DNA of 64,000 bases, filler included, from Sphacelaria rigidula (Eukaryota): assembly GCA_964200075.2 (NCBI GenBank). It is 7 parts of 7 records of this genome, joined end to end, with 100 filler letters (N's around TTAATTAATTAA, not from the genome) between each part and the next. Parts side by side here need not be neighbours in the genome. Positions count along the whole stretch, not along the records: positions 36,660 to 45,723 come from CAXNAA020009393.1; positions 45,824 to 54,886 come from CAXNAA020009394.1; 5 more parts are not named here. One strand, 5' to 3'. Below, piece after piece: positions 39,011 to 51,032 of this stretch. Made by a program: the position numbers and the translations under genes. Within the stretch, counting starts at the first letter, position 1. Every line of letters starts with the position of its first letter. The notes below the pieces were generated by a model. The model saw only the letters and a program-made list of their open reading frames with translations. It was not told where the DNA came from and searched no databases.

Positions 39011-40900
39011 TTGTGCATCCCAAGAACAGTGTTTTGATATCTCTACGCCAAGATATGTATATTTGTCTAGAATCGACATTATTTCCTCTCCTCCACCTGT
39101 ACCCCAGTGAATTTTTCTCATCCTCGCTACAGACGAGTATCGCGCATATTTTCACACTCGCTGTCACTCTCCCTCGCTGTTCGCTGTCACTCTCCATTGC
39201 CTAGTGTATTCTTGCGCCTTGTCTATCTGCTTTTGCAATCCTTGTACTGTTTTGAAATCCCCACATAATTATTGGACCTGAGGGGAAAAACGACTGCCGA
39301 AACGGTAGGTGAGAGGCGATCTGAGTACGAAATAAAAGTGATACCTGGGGGTCGATGCTGAGGACCCGTCTGCGATTCCAAAATAATGATTAGCACTCGA
39401 AAGTTTAGCAGTAGGCACCACCCTTTCCACGACGCGTGACCGCTCCCTTTCGTCAAGAAGTACGAAAGATATCAGGCAAGATGTGCTGACATGCCGTTGC
39501 AGGAGGCCCAAGAGGTCAAGCAGTCGCCAAACGGCCATCAGGTAGGGGCGTGCGATAGACCCATGGGGCGAGGTGATCAACTTGCCAACAATTGAGGTAG
39601 TGTTGCACTCACATACACATACATCTGTAGGCACTTGACCTCGCTTCTCAACCCCAATTGGGTTTCCACAACCATCAAAACAAGTCAACGGGGTAATCAG
39701 TACCCCTGCAGAATGTGCCTAACTTCCGGTGCCCCTCGAAAGATTCGCTGGACAGAGGCGAAAAGTTTGGCGTGGAGTTAGTCACCCATTTGGGCAGGTG
39801 ACTGAGAGAAGGCATCGCTTCCCAAAGCGTCAGATCTCCCACGCGGTAAGGACGCAGCCGTTAGACTTGGAGGATGGCTACTGGATATGTTGTCCGAGCT
39901 CTGCAAGTCATGTGGGGTGAACACGTCTCATTGACTCCTTGAATCAAGCGCACATCGCTTGACACGCTGCTCCCCTCCCGGAGTTGCCGCGTCAACGCAA
40001 AACCACGCATCTATTTTAGCTGACTTTCACCTAAATCACAAGAAGCGAACCGAGTACACAACTAGACCATTTCGTATAACAGCGCGAATAGCACCTATGC
40101 GAGGTAAGACTGGTGATGGACCCGGAAGGTGAGATCTCAACGTCGGGATGGCATCGACAGGAAACTGCAGCACTAGTACACGGTACATGAAAGGTTGGCA
40201 AGGATAGATGACGGCACGCGGTCTGGAGGTGGTGATGCAAGGACACAAAATACGTACGCGCAAGATAGCCCGCCACAGATCGAACCGCGTACCGTTACCC
40301 GCCCCACCTGAGATATTCAATCGCTGACGGGCCCGCCTAGTTTGCCTGAACACCAGACTTTCAGGCGACGCTAACCTTTAACACCCCACACCCCACCCCC
40401 TCACCGTGAAACACCGTCGCGAGTCTAAATAAAAAAAAACAGGTTGGAAATAGCAAGCAAAATTCCAGGATGGAGCAATGTCAGAGGGGCTACCAGGAAG
40501 CAGAGTCCTGGAAAGCCTGATGCTTCCCGGGTGGACAGATTCCACACCCTGTGGCATCTGCACCACCCAGCCAAGGCATCAAGTATGCCATCCCGCCCGA
40601 GCAAGCCATGTCCCTCTGTCGCGCAGTGATGTTCTGAACTTGTTCCCCATAGGTTTCGCATTCCGAGAGGATTTTGACAGAGCTCAGCAAAAAAGATAAG
40701 TGTTCGACGACGGTGAATGCTTCGGAAGAGTGATGAGACAACGAAGACTACGTGGCGTCTTCGAGTGAAGAACTCCAGCAAGTAGCCCAGACGAGCGAGC
40801 AGATGGCATTGAGCACACGAAGCAGAGAAAATTATAATATTTTACGAAGGGAAGAGCAGGAGACCGTTTTGGGGTGCATTACAGGAGCGAGCAGCGCTTT

Positions 40901-40954
40901 GTATTTGTATTTGTATTTGTATTTGTATTTGTATTTGTATTTGTGTTTGTGTTT
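40901..40954 (+). repeat. (GTATTT)7(GTGTTT)2 microsatellite
   Basis: Read directly from the sequence. Confidence 0.95.
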
Positions 40955-42709
40955 TTTACATAGTAATGAGCAGTAGTTCAGTACTATTTCTTTCTTTTCA
41001 TTGGAACAGCTGATTCGGATCTTGACTTTTGGGGGGGGATACTGCTTTCTCGATTTGTTTGGCTCGTTTCTTTGGTCAACTCCCTCCTCAGGCCCTCATT
41101 TTTTTTCCCTGATCGGTTTTCTAGTCTGGATTCCATGTGTTCTTTTCCCCTCAACCATTTTGTCTCTCTTGCTTTCGTAGGACTTGATCCTCTTTCTCGT
41201 GTCAGTCTTTTTTGTTTCTCGTTTTCATGTTTCATGAGTTGTTGTTCTTTGCCGTACTATAGATGAGGTATGTCCTTTCTAGTTTTCCTTCATGTTTCAG
41301 TTTCCTTTCTCCCCTTCTCCTTTTTTTGTTGCGGGCCTGGTTTGTCCCTCCAGCACTATTTTTTTGGTTTCTCTTTTCCTTTTCACCTTTTCGCAGAGTG
41401 ATCTTGCTCCGCTCTTTGTTTTTTTCCCCGGTCTTGCATTCCATGAGGATTATTTATTTCTTGGTTTCGTCAGACCTGATCCCACGCTTCGTTTCACGTA
41501 CCCGGTTCGTTTATCACGTTTCTTCGTCCTCGGAGAACGTTGATCCGACTTTTGGGCTGCCCCACCCCTCTCGAGTAGAGCAATTCATACCATGGAAAAA
41601 ACATCGTACAAAAAGGGTGGTCACCGAGTACCTGCTCGCACTGTACCATGACGGAACTGTTGATCTAAGATTTAGGAGTCCCCCGGTGTCCAGTAGGTCA
41701 GCTGCTGCTGATTGGTGAGAGAAAAGCACTCCCATCAACCAGTAAGCGCTTTCTTGTTTTTTTTTCAGTGGGTCAGCTTTTTGCGAGTTCCACACTACCC
41801 AGGATCGATCTAATCGACTACGGGTGTCTAAGCGCCGTTAACACCTGAGGATAGTTTTGACTACTGTATTCTCAGTGGTTTCTGTTTCCAGTGTAACTGG
41901 GATCCCGGGACGACATAGCACATGCGAAAGCACGCGCTATGATCCGAAAGGGCGTGAGAGACTTTTTCCCCAAACGATGAGGCTTTTCCCTGAATACCAG
42001 GTTTGGCCCATCTTTTTGATTTCATGACGAGTTTTTCCCGTGGTCATCGCTAGTCCTGAAATTCCGCGGTTTTCTCGTCGATTTTAGGCTGATGGCATGT
42101 ATATGAGTGGATCTTTTTTGGTATAAAATAAGTCAGGACATTCCCTACTTTGTATTACAGCGCACACTAAGCAGGAGAGAGTGATGTGACGGTGGATATC
42201 AGTCACTTATATAGAAGGCGTTCTCGATGTGCGTGCTATGGGCAATGGGTCGTATTCCAGCTGTACGTTAGTGTGGTTATATTCCAGTCGAGTGTTGCAG
42301 CATCAACCCAGCCCGGTCACTCGTGTTTAGCTGCCTAGCCAAGACTAGTAACAGAGCTATCAGCTACCACTTGGAGACATCTCGCTTACAAGCAAGTCAA
42401 GAGCACCTCTTCTGCACGTGAACGTGAGCCTGTGTTTTGCATGACGCATACAGTGCTGTTTGAACCGAACTCTGGTGAGTCTCTTGTGCAACACCATTGT
42501 GTGCTGCAATAACGGTTATGCTGGCCGCTGGTGTTACACCACCCCCAGCCTATGTCCCACGAGCTTGATACGCCACCCTGAGACTCGACCACGACATGCA
42601 TTCCATTCCCTCTGCTTTTCAACATCTTCGGGGGAGGCTTGGTAGACAGGATCGTTTAGCGGTAGGCGGCGGACCCAGGTTTTGTCTCAGCCTTGGTTTT
42701 TCAAGATAA

Positions 42710-44604
42710 TGCGCCAAAGGGTGACGGTGGTGAACCCCTGGAAGAGACGCCGCTGGAAAAGGTGCGACGCGCGGTGTGGGCAATGCTTTATGTGGACGAC
42801 GCCGGCATAGTCTCGCGGACCTTAGACGGCCTTGCTCGAATGATGGCCGTGATAGTGGTGACCTACCAGGAATTCGGCCTAGTGGTCTCCGAGAGCAAGA
42901 CAGAGTCCATGCGCCTTTTGGTCAGTACCCAGTTCAACGGAGGCCACCCTACTCATCAAAGCTGTCGGTCAACGGTGTAACCAGAAGGAGAAGTTCGTCT
43001 ACGTTGGTGGTGCCATCAGCGCGGATGCGAAAATGTCCATCGAAACCAACCGCCGCATCAGCGCAGCGTGGGCGCGTATTCGAAAATATAGCTCCCAACT
43101 CTGCAATCGACCCAAGGTCCAGCTATCCTTGGAAGTCTGGCTGCTTCAAGCGTAGGCGGTAGAAGCTCTGTTATTCGGATGTGCCACATCAACGAAGCTT
43201 CTCAGGACTTCGGAGCGATGCTACGTTAAGAGATGCACCTTTTAGTTTTGAGGATTTCCTTATTGCAGGAGGATTAATATCTGGGGCTTACTGTGCAACC
43301 CTAACCCTTTGGGGACCGGGCTCCCAGAAACATGGTGTTTGCACGCAAGGTTCATTTCGTGAATCGGCATCATTTTCAGTCTACTTCAAGTAGAAATATG
43401 CCGATTCACAAACTGGCCCCTCCAACCTCCCGAGCAGTCCCGAGAACCGCTTTACCTTAAAACGTGCAACCGCTACCGCAGCATCTTCGACAGTCTGAGC
43501 ACTGCCCATCACAAGCTCTTGCTGCGAGTGATTGGATTCGGTAGGAAGTATCGAAATGTGCACAAGACTCTCTCGTACAGAGCAGCGCTCGAGATGACCA
43601 GCTGCAAACATATCGAGACGACTATCCGCAAACGTCAACTCTGGTTCGCGGGAGCCCTTGTCTGGCCTAAACGCATCATGAACGAGCGGTTAACCGCACG
43701 AGGGCCGGAGGAGACTGGCCGCCCCCCTCGCAATGGGGGGAATACCTCCGGGAAAACCTACGTGCACCACGGACTGTTCCGCACAGAGGAGCACGACGGA
43801 CATGGTTCATCTACGGTTTAGAAGTTAACAATGCATACGATTGGGCCACTACGGCAAGAACATGGGCAGATGATATATTGAAGATCGAAAAGGAGCGGAA
43901 GAGTTGGAGGACACGTGACGATGCGGAGACAAACGAGAATCTGACCGCCGTCACAAACGAGAGACTGCTGCGTCGAGAGCCGTCAATCCAAGAACCCTGG
44001 CTGCTTATATCGGGTGTTGATGATGTCCTTGGTCGGTGGCTCTGCGGTGCCCTCTCGTGTGTATGTAGATCCGTTCTGCTGCCCCGAATGCTTTGGGCTT
44101 CACCACTTCTGTAGTCTCCTTCTTTCTTCGCCTTTCCCATATATTTCTATATGTATGTGCGTTTCTCCTGCCGGTGTATTCGAGAGCAGTGTGGTACCTC
44201 TCTTCATTGTGGTCATGGATGAGAGGATGCATACCTATATAGAGCGGTCGCAGTAGATGAACCGCCATCCTTTCCTTCTCCACGGCCGTTTGTTTTCTAC
44301 GACTGCGTACGAATGTTGGTCTGCGCAAGACCTTTTTCGCCGAAACCATGTGGCAGAGGCCGGTCATTCTTTTCTTTAATCTTTTTTTAATCGATGTGTT
44401 TATTTTCATGTCGTAGTCTACTGTGTTGTTCTGTTCTACCTTTTCCGTTTCTTGTTTTTTTCTTCTTCAGCGAGTGTTTCAGTTTTGTTTTGTCTCGGGT
44501 ACGTCTGTCGTGTGACCACGGCTGGATTTGTGTGGGATCAGTTAAAGTGCGACAATCAATCAATCAACTAAGCAATTAATGAACCAATCAATCAACCCAT
44601 CAAT
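42710..44604 (+). mobile_element. 5'-truncated RTE-like LINE with (CAAT)n tail
   Basis: RAVWAMLYVDDAGIVSR..EFGLVVSESKTESM, FVYVGGAIS, HHKLLLRVIGF, IETTIRKRQLWFAGAL; T-rich 3' UTR ending CGACAATCAATCAATC. Confidence 0.88.
43213..43485. mobile_element. Third GAGCGATGC-type (Sola2-like) MITE, inserted in the RTE LINE
   Basis: Left end GAGCGATGCTACG; right end TACCGCAGCATC lacks the last 4 nt; TSD TTCG; removal restores SQDFDSLSTAHHKLLLR. Confidence 0.7.
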
Positions 44605-45723
44605 ACTAGGTAGACTGCCCACTTCAGTACACGGCACTGAGCAGAACTCGTTTCCATATTGTTCACATTTATTTGGTGGCCCCCTTCTGGTGCGCGTACC
44701 CAGGGGGACACTTTGCTACACCCTCGGAGCATCTCCCGTAGGTAGAGACCTTTTGGTGCCCCTCCAAAGGTCCAGAACCCCCTGCATCGACCCTCGACAC
44801 ACCCTCTAAAGGTCCACACGTCCCTCTCCACGCCCTCTCTACAAGGTCCAGGACTCTCTGTGGCGGTTCTCTACACACCCTCTAGAATGTGCAGCCTCGC
44901 GGCGAGAGCAAAATATCCACCTGTGTACAACGCAATACCTATATCCCATACGACCAATACTGAGCTCGACTTGGAAAGAGATGATGCCCAAACGGCCTCA
45001 CACCAGACGGTGGAGGGGAAGTTGGGGAGCGTTTTGGTTCGGACTTCACCCTCGCATAGCGGCTGCGGTGCAGACTGACGCGGCGATATCCCTTCCCACG
45101 AAAAATGCCTGGTTCGAGGAGGCAAACATTGACACGCGAATCACAATTGCGAAAGCCGAGAGCACTGAGCAGCTTGGAACTTTCACACCTGGGATCGTTT
45201 TCGCCAAGATCCATATGTCAAAGTATTCGTTAGCAGAGCAAGCCACACCCCAAGGTGGATGAGAATGTGACCCACTGGTCCTGTTTTCGACTCGTGAACC
45301 CAAACAGTAGGGTCTCTCTCACACAAGGCACTCGTCAACAGCAGACAGCTGTTATTGAAAGTAAGCACCGAGTTCCTTCAATAAAGGAAAAATCCAAAGG
45401 AACAAAGGGGTTATGATATACGTTACTCACTTCTTGAGAACGGCTTGCCGACCAGAAAGGTGAGACGCCGCATAGAGTAGATAAAAAGCTGGTGGCCCTT
45501 CTTGTGATTAGTTCTACGGTAAGTCCTTTTCTGGCAGATGAGTCGCAAGTGGGCTTCGTGGGCGATGCTGCTCACGATTACCCTCAAAAGCTCCTGGCTA
45601 CGCATACAATCTTGTCATATACATACAAATCAGCGTGACGCACTGTACCTCAAGCCAATCAAAGCTGTAGTAGCAGCAGGTACACGCGGCTAATCGGGTA
45701 CAATCCTCATCCGACTCATGGGG

Positions 45724-45823
45724 NNNNNNNNNNNNNNNNNNNNNNNNNNNNNNNNNNNNNNNNNNNNTTAATTAATTAANNNNNNNNNNNNNNNNNNNNN
45801 NNNNNNNNNNNNNNNNNNNNNNN
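45724..45823. other. Artificial contig spacer
   Basis: N44-TTAATTAATTAA-N44. Confidence 0.98.
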
Positions 45824-45899
45824 GAGAACATGAGAGCAATGCAGTTGAAAACAATTGAACATTGCCTTGGCCTTAGTCACCAGCAAACACCAGACCATG

Positions 45900-46930
45900 C
45901 GGTGAGCCTTTGACGAGTTGAACAAGGCACACACGTGGGCAAACGTCCCCACTGTGGGTCAACTGTGTAAAACCAGCAAAGAGACAGGGAGAATCATACG
46001 AGTACGCACCTCATGTATCTTTCGACGGCTTGGTACTGTATTTTCAGTACAAGTCAAGCGTTACTTTGCTTGTGGATTTCTCCGCCGTGTCGGAACAAAT
46101 CAGCCTGAAAATTGGCACAGAGGTGGACCACAACACAGACAGCGTATTCCCGGATCGGCGGCACGTTTTACGTCGTGCGCCAGACGCACGAAGTGAATAC
46201 AGATTGTGGGCAATGCCATCGATACGCCCTCAAAACGGAGTCCCCTCGGCCCACACAGTGTGAGACGTCAGTGAATGCATATATGAACACGCAGATGCGC
46301 TCGCTTCTACATGATGACCTGCTGGGTGGCTCCTGCCCCGGCAAACGAGTATCGATCCGTATTGGGTACACTCTGGATGATGTCATTCTGCGCGATACCT
46401 ATTTTGGTATCGCCTGTAGAGGTACTCACTTCAGGAGGTACGGTCGTGCAAGCGCTGTCAGTGCTTTTCAGTGTTGCGCCAAAAAAACAGAAAAGTCAAA
46501 TGTACGCCGATTTTCGCATACAAAAACCATTGTATAAATTACCAGCTTGGATCATCCGCAGAGTAGATGTAGTTCACATGAGCGAGGTGCCCCAGAGGGA
46601 CGACCTACGGCCCAACACACGGCATGTCTGAAAAGCTATGTTCAAGCCTGGATCGTCGGCACAAGTTTCAGGTCGAGAACGTGATCATATCCCGCGTTCG
46701 GTGGTGTGCATGGTGTTGCTCGGTGCAGGTGCCTTGCGAGCCCCATTGTACGACGATAGGTGGCGCGACCACGCTTGGTGTTCCAGCGCACCACCGCGCC
46801 CAGGGCGTAGTATATGGAGTGTATAATCCGCTTGAAAAAGAAATATCGCATTTACTTTCGTCGCACTGGAGAACGCCACAATCGTTTGCATGCATGTTTG
46901 GCGGCGCAGCTGATGGGTTTGAAATTTGAA
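45900..46930 (+). pseudogene. Possible decayed hAT-like transposase
   Basis: Weak motifs across frames: QRWTTTQTAYSRI (TRW-like), SVQVPCE, VVYGVYN; no intact ORF. Confidence 0.3.
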
Positions 46931-47185
46931 AACTCCGTCATGACCACTGTATAAAGTGCAGTATAATACACTGATACAATGTACGGTCTACAGACAGTAT
47001 ACCTGTACCGTAAAACTACATAACCGCACATGATATGCGGCGTAATCAGGGCGTAACCGCATCTCATGTTCATTTGAGTACTTTCCTGAGGTAAACCACC
47101 ATTTTTCAGTGCAAATTGAGTTGCAGATGTCTCGCCTGTGACCGCGGGCTCCATCATGGAACTTTGCAGACTAGTTGGGCACAAC

Positions 47186-47375
47186 TAGAGGTGGGCACCT
47201 GAGGAAAAAAACGGTTATAACCGTTTTTTGGAAACCCCAAAAGGTGTTAACCGGTTACGGTGACAGAATTTGTTTTTGTTTTTTCGTGAACCAGCCTGTA
47301 TGGGGAAAAAAAACGGAGATTATTTTTGCCGGTTAAACCGGTTTTTCCGGTGAACCGGTTTAACCGGTTCAATTG
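47186..47375. mobile_element. hAT-like terminus with AACCGGTT subterminal motifs
   Basis: TAGAGGTGGGCAC followed by many AACCG/CGGTT motifs; partner TIR not found. Confidence 0.45.
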
Positions 47376-49098
47376 CGAAGTTTGAAAATGGTGCTCGTAC
47401 TGTAGCTTGTAGCGAAAGCGTGACATACGACACGTCACACGCTACACGTCACACTACACGTCACCCTTACCCCTTACACATCAAGTCAGCTCGCAGAGAC
47501 CACAATACTGCGGAGGTGGCAAACACACTTGCATACTCGAGACTGCCGCGAGGGTTGTTTTGGGAGTATTCTCGCGTACTACCCTTCGATAGAGCTCTAA
47601 AGTGCTAGCATCGGCAGATTTTGGTCAAATGAGCAGGTAACCCTAAAAAAAACAGTGCCCAAGTAGTGTTACGTAGTATTATCGGGTGATAAGAGCAGAT
47701 ACCCCGTTTATGAGGAGGGTATTATTGACCGTGAAACACAGTTATTCGGCTCTGGTGCAGTGAGTAGGTAGAATTCCAAAAAATTAAAACTGTACATTTC
47801 TTTACAACAACAATCGGGACAGGCTCGATCGACCCAAAATTCCAAAGAGTCAGAATCTGTGCTGAAAAAATGCAGGACCCCCGATGTCCGGCAGCCCGTA
47901 AGTCATCCAATGTTGAGTACAGATGTTTTTTGTTTTCATTGAATGTGGAGCGGATACAAATATCTTCGAATCCCCAATGTGATGGGCGGTGACAAGCGGA
48001 AGAGCCTGAGAAAATCGCCGATGACGAAGAAATTAGAAAAAGGTTCAGGTTCCCACTACTATCTACTACTCCGGAGTATAGTTTTTATTTCCTACTTTTG
48101 ACACCCTGTGTTCGCTAGGGATAGGTGCAAGATCTGAACAACAGCTGTTCACGTAATCACGAACACCATTTCCTATCATTTTACGGATCGCAGCGTGGCA
48201 TGATGGAGATAGTACGATGATGGGCCGTCGGTTTCAAAACGACTATGCCCGGAGGGCTGATCGCGGGAACTATAGCTAGTACCGTGGTCAGGGGTGAAGG
48301 CGGTGTAATCCGTCAAAAGACGGCATACATAAACATGCCTCTTTACAACTGGTTGGATCCGGTTCTTCACAAGAATCGATCCAGCCGGCACCCTGGGATT
48401 CACTCTCTTTTGAGTGCTGAGGTAAATCCCACCAAGTGGAAAAAGAATCGAATCGACCTGAAGTGGTGATCAAGATATCGCGACGTTCGTTGTGCATTGT
48501 TCTGCGTTGGACTTTCCTACGTGCTGTGAGCTTGCTCTGTTTCAGGCATAACGGTGAGAATGTAACGACGTTGATTCACAGTTCAGGCAACGAGCAGATA
48601 GATGCTAAAATGTTGACATGATAGTAAAATCGAACTTAGTGCACAGATGAAATGGTGCAACGTGTAACCCTATAGTAAAAGTAAGTCATGTCATGCATGA
48701 GCTAGCGAAACATCGTGACTTGTACGATCGAAATGCTATTGTTGTTCGCTCTGGTACTCGACTTGTACAGTAGAGACATGCATGTGAACAACCACTATGG
48801 CCAACACTATTTCGTCCGTAACACATAGCCCATCGTTTCCATCCGAACACTCGCTCCGTGTACCATCGGTCCAACTGCATATAGCATCCCCACAGTTTCG
48901 CTGACCACCCCACAAAACGGTATAGTCGCACTGCCAGACCAATACGACAAGCCATCTGCCTCCACAGATACGTGAGCGGTACTAAACACCTGTGCTTGAG
49001 GCACCTTTACAGAGGAAACGAGAGGCGAAACGGGAACAGCTACCCAGTCCCGAACAACAACACCTCCTGATGGCACACTATCCTCCCCAAACACCCCG

Positions 49099-49355
49099 TG
49101 TAGACCTAGCCACCATTGTTACTTAAGATCAGGGGCATTGTAGGTAGAGTTGCGGGTCTGATTGCCGGACTCTGTGATTGTGACCTGCATGACGAGTAGA
49201 GCCGGTTTTGCCACTCTGGTCGAGAGAGGCTATGGTCCTGTTCTCCTGTACTTTGCTGAGGGTTATTATATGAATAACTAAAGCTGCTGAAGTCCATGTG
49301 CCCGTGATGGGAGGAGTCCACGTGGCAATCTGATCTTGAGTGACAGAAGTCTACA
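49099..49355 (+). mobile_element. LTR-like element, 257 bp, TGTAGAC..GTCTACA
   Basis: TG..CA ends with a 7-bp terminal inverted repeat; inverted homologue at 50776-51032. Confidence 0.75.
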
Positions 49356-49842
49356 ATGAACCTTCATTAAGTCCGCTGACTAGCGATAGGTCCGCTGCAA
49401 AGCAGCTGACACTTCAAGATCGGGAAGGCTGCAGGCCTGATCAGTTTGTAGCAAACAAGACCAACTCAAGGCGTGTTTACATCGCGAGAAGTTGGAGAAG
49501 TAGAGTCGAAAAGGATCTGAGGCAGTGCTAGCGCAGGCGCTGTGGTATCGCATCGATAGCTGGCGAGCCCGTGAGCGTTCCAAGAATGCGGCGCAACTAC
49601 TACTTCAAGACGGGAGAATCGCGTGAGAGCTAATTCGAGGTTGGCTAGCCGCGTTCAAGAAGAGGAGTCTAAGGACTTCGAGACGTGGTCAGAACCGCGT
49701 GAGGAAGAGGCGCTGTGGCCATTGTCGTTGTAAGGTGGTACAGCGCGTCTCGGTGTAAGGAGAGAGTTGTTGTTCCTGTGAGTGGGAGGCGACTTCGTTT
49801 TCAAAAAGGCGGTGTGGAGTGCTATACTGCTGACCGAAATGG

Positions 49843-50463
49843 ATGAGGCGCAGGAATATGTCATCGTCGATGGTCGTTTTGTTCCTGTACTGCCGCAAGG
49901 TTTTGAGCGAGAAATCGCCCGAGTTTTTACGCAGATACGAGAACTATTTGCGAGATGTAGATCAGGTGAACGCGCGGTGGACAAACCTCTTTGAGGTGGC
50001 AGCAGTTTCTGAGCGCATGCCGAAACAAATTGCGAAATGTCTGTGTGACACGTTCTTGAAGCACGATTATGATGTTGAGGACGAGCAGCTGTTCTTCTCG
50101 TTGCGCGAGCATGCACCGTCCGGTGGGGCTGCTTGCACTGTGACAGCCGAGAAGCATGTGTCTGCCCGAGGGGACAGGCACGACAGTGCACCCGCCGAAC
50201 GTGCAGTAGGTGCTGCGCTTTTCAAACAACGATACAGGGCAGCTGCTTGCGCTGTGACAGCCGAGAAACATGTGTCTGCCCGAGGGGACAGGCACGACAG
50301 TGCACCCGCCGAACGTGCAGTCGATCGGGCGCGTTTGAAACAACGATACAGGGAAGATGCTTGGACTATGAAAGCCGAGAAGCATGTGTCTGCCCGAGGG
50401 GATAGGCACGACAGTGCATCCGCTGAACGTGCAGTCGGTCGGGCGCGTCTTAAACCACGGTAA
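49843..50463 (+). CDS. ORF with three 38-aa tandem repeats; probably a decayed retroelement gag-like region
   Basis: 114-bp units starting at 50128, 50242 and 50356 (AEKHVSARGDRHDSAPAERAV). The gag assignment is inferred from context only. Confidence 0.4.
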   Translation: MRRRNMSSSMVVLFLYCRKVLSEKSPEFLRRYENYLRDVDQVNARWTNLFEVAAVSERMPKQIAKCLCDTFLKHDYDVEDEQLFFSLREHAPSGGAACTVTAEKHVSARGDRHDSAPAERAVGAALFKQRYRAAACAVTAEKHVSARGDRHDSAPAERAVDRARLKQRYREDAWTMKAEKHVSARGDRHDSASAERAVGRARLKPR

Positions 50464-50775
50464 GCATTGGTTTGGATGCTGCTGGTATTGCTGCTGGAGA
50501 GGGCGAGCATGTCACCCAGCTCGAGCAGACCGCAGGCAGCTCATGTATCAACATAGAGCTAATATTATGTGCGAGATGCGGTGAACGTGCACAGCATGCT
50601 AGAAGAAAAGTGCTTTGTATCACCCATATAGGAGCTGGTCGTTGCTCGACTGGCTGGCCAGACGAAATCCATACGGGTCTATACATGTTGGCACGGCATG
50701 TAAAAGTAAAAGTGTACTGTTTTATACACCCAGGATGCTAGCGGCCGAACAGCTGTTTGATCCATGTGTGGTATG

Positions 50776-51032
50776 TGTAGACTTCTGTCACTCAAGATCA
50801 GATTGCCATGTGAACTCCTCCCATCACGGGCACATGGACTTCAGCAGCTTTAGTTATTCATATAATAACCCTCAGCATAGTACAGGAGAACAGGACCATA
50901 GCCTCTCCCCACCAGAGTGGCAAAACCGGCTCTACTCGTCATGCAGGTCACCATCACAGAGTCCGGCAATCAGACCCGCAACATAACCTACAATGTCCTT
51001 GACCTCAAGTAACAATGGTGGCTAGAGTTTAC
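50776..51032 (-). mobile_element. LTR-like element, inverted copy of 49099-49355; probable 3' LTR of a minus-strand element
   Basis: On the minus strand it is preceded by PPT-like TTTGGGGGTGC|TGTAAAC. Confidence 0.75.

Larger units (their letters stand above)
38021..39277 (-). mobile_element. 5'-truncated, decayed copy of the CCHC LINE
   Basis: NLIVPQLEYAGEVW and LCGKAIESRSHKVAQC; same 3' end as 28575; flanked by the direct repeat CTGAGGGG (38013-38020 and 39278-39285). Confidence 0.85.
37420..40780 (-). mobile_element. Highly decayed DIRS/Ngaro-like tyrosine-recombinase retroelement, interrupted by a LINE
   Basis: Fragmentary motifs in the expected order: RT-like NPLG, WNFACYFQPVFFYLDSRRCF and SIVGKL..VWRLLDLLGL; RNase H-like FISYSD; YR-like LCPVRGL..WGAT. 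Many frameshifts; termini not identified. Confidence 0.5.

Noticed and set aside
40984..41460. K/R/E-rich and F/S-rich ORFs
   Set aside because: Translations of a pyrimidine-rich low-complexity tract.
49106..49321. Duplicated small-protein ORF (SSHHGHMDFSSFSY..), also at 50615-50986
   Set aside because: By-product of the inverted LTR-like repeat; the second copy has an earlier stop.
50128..50463. Repeat-spacer array
   Set aside because: The whole 114-bp unit is repeated; there are no unique spacers.
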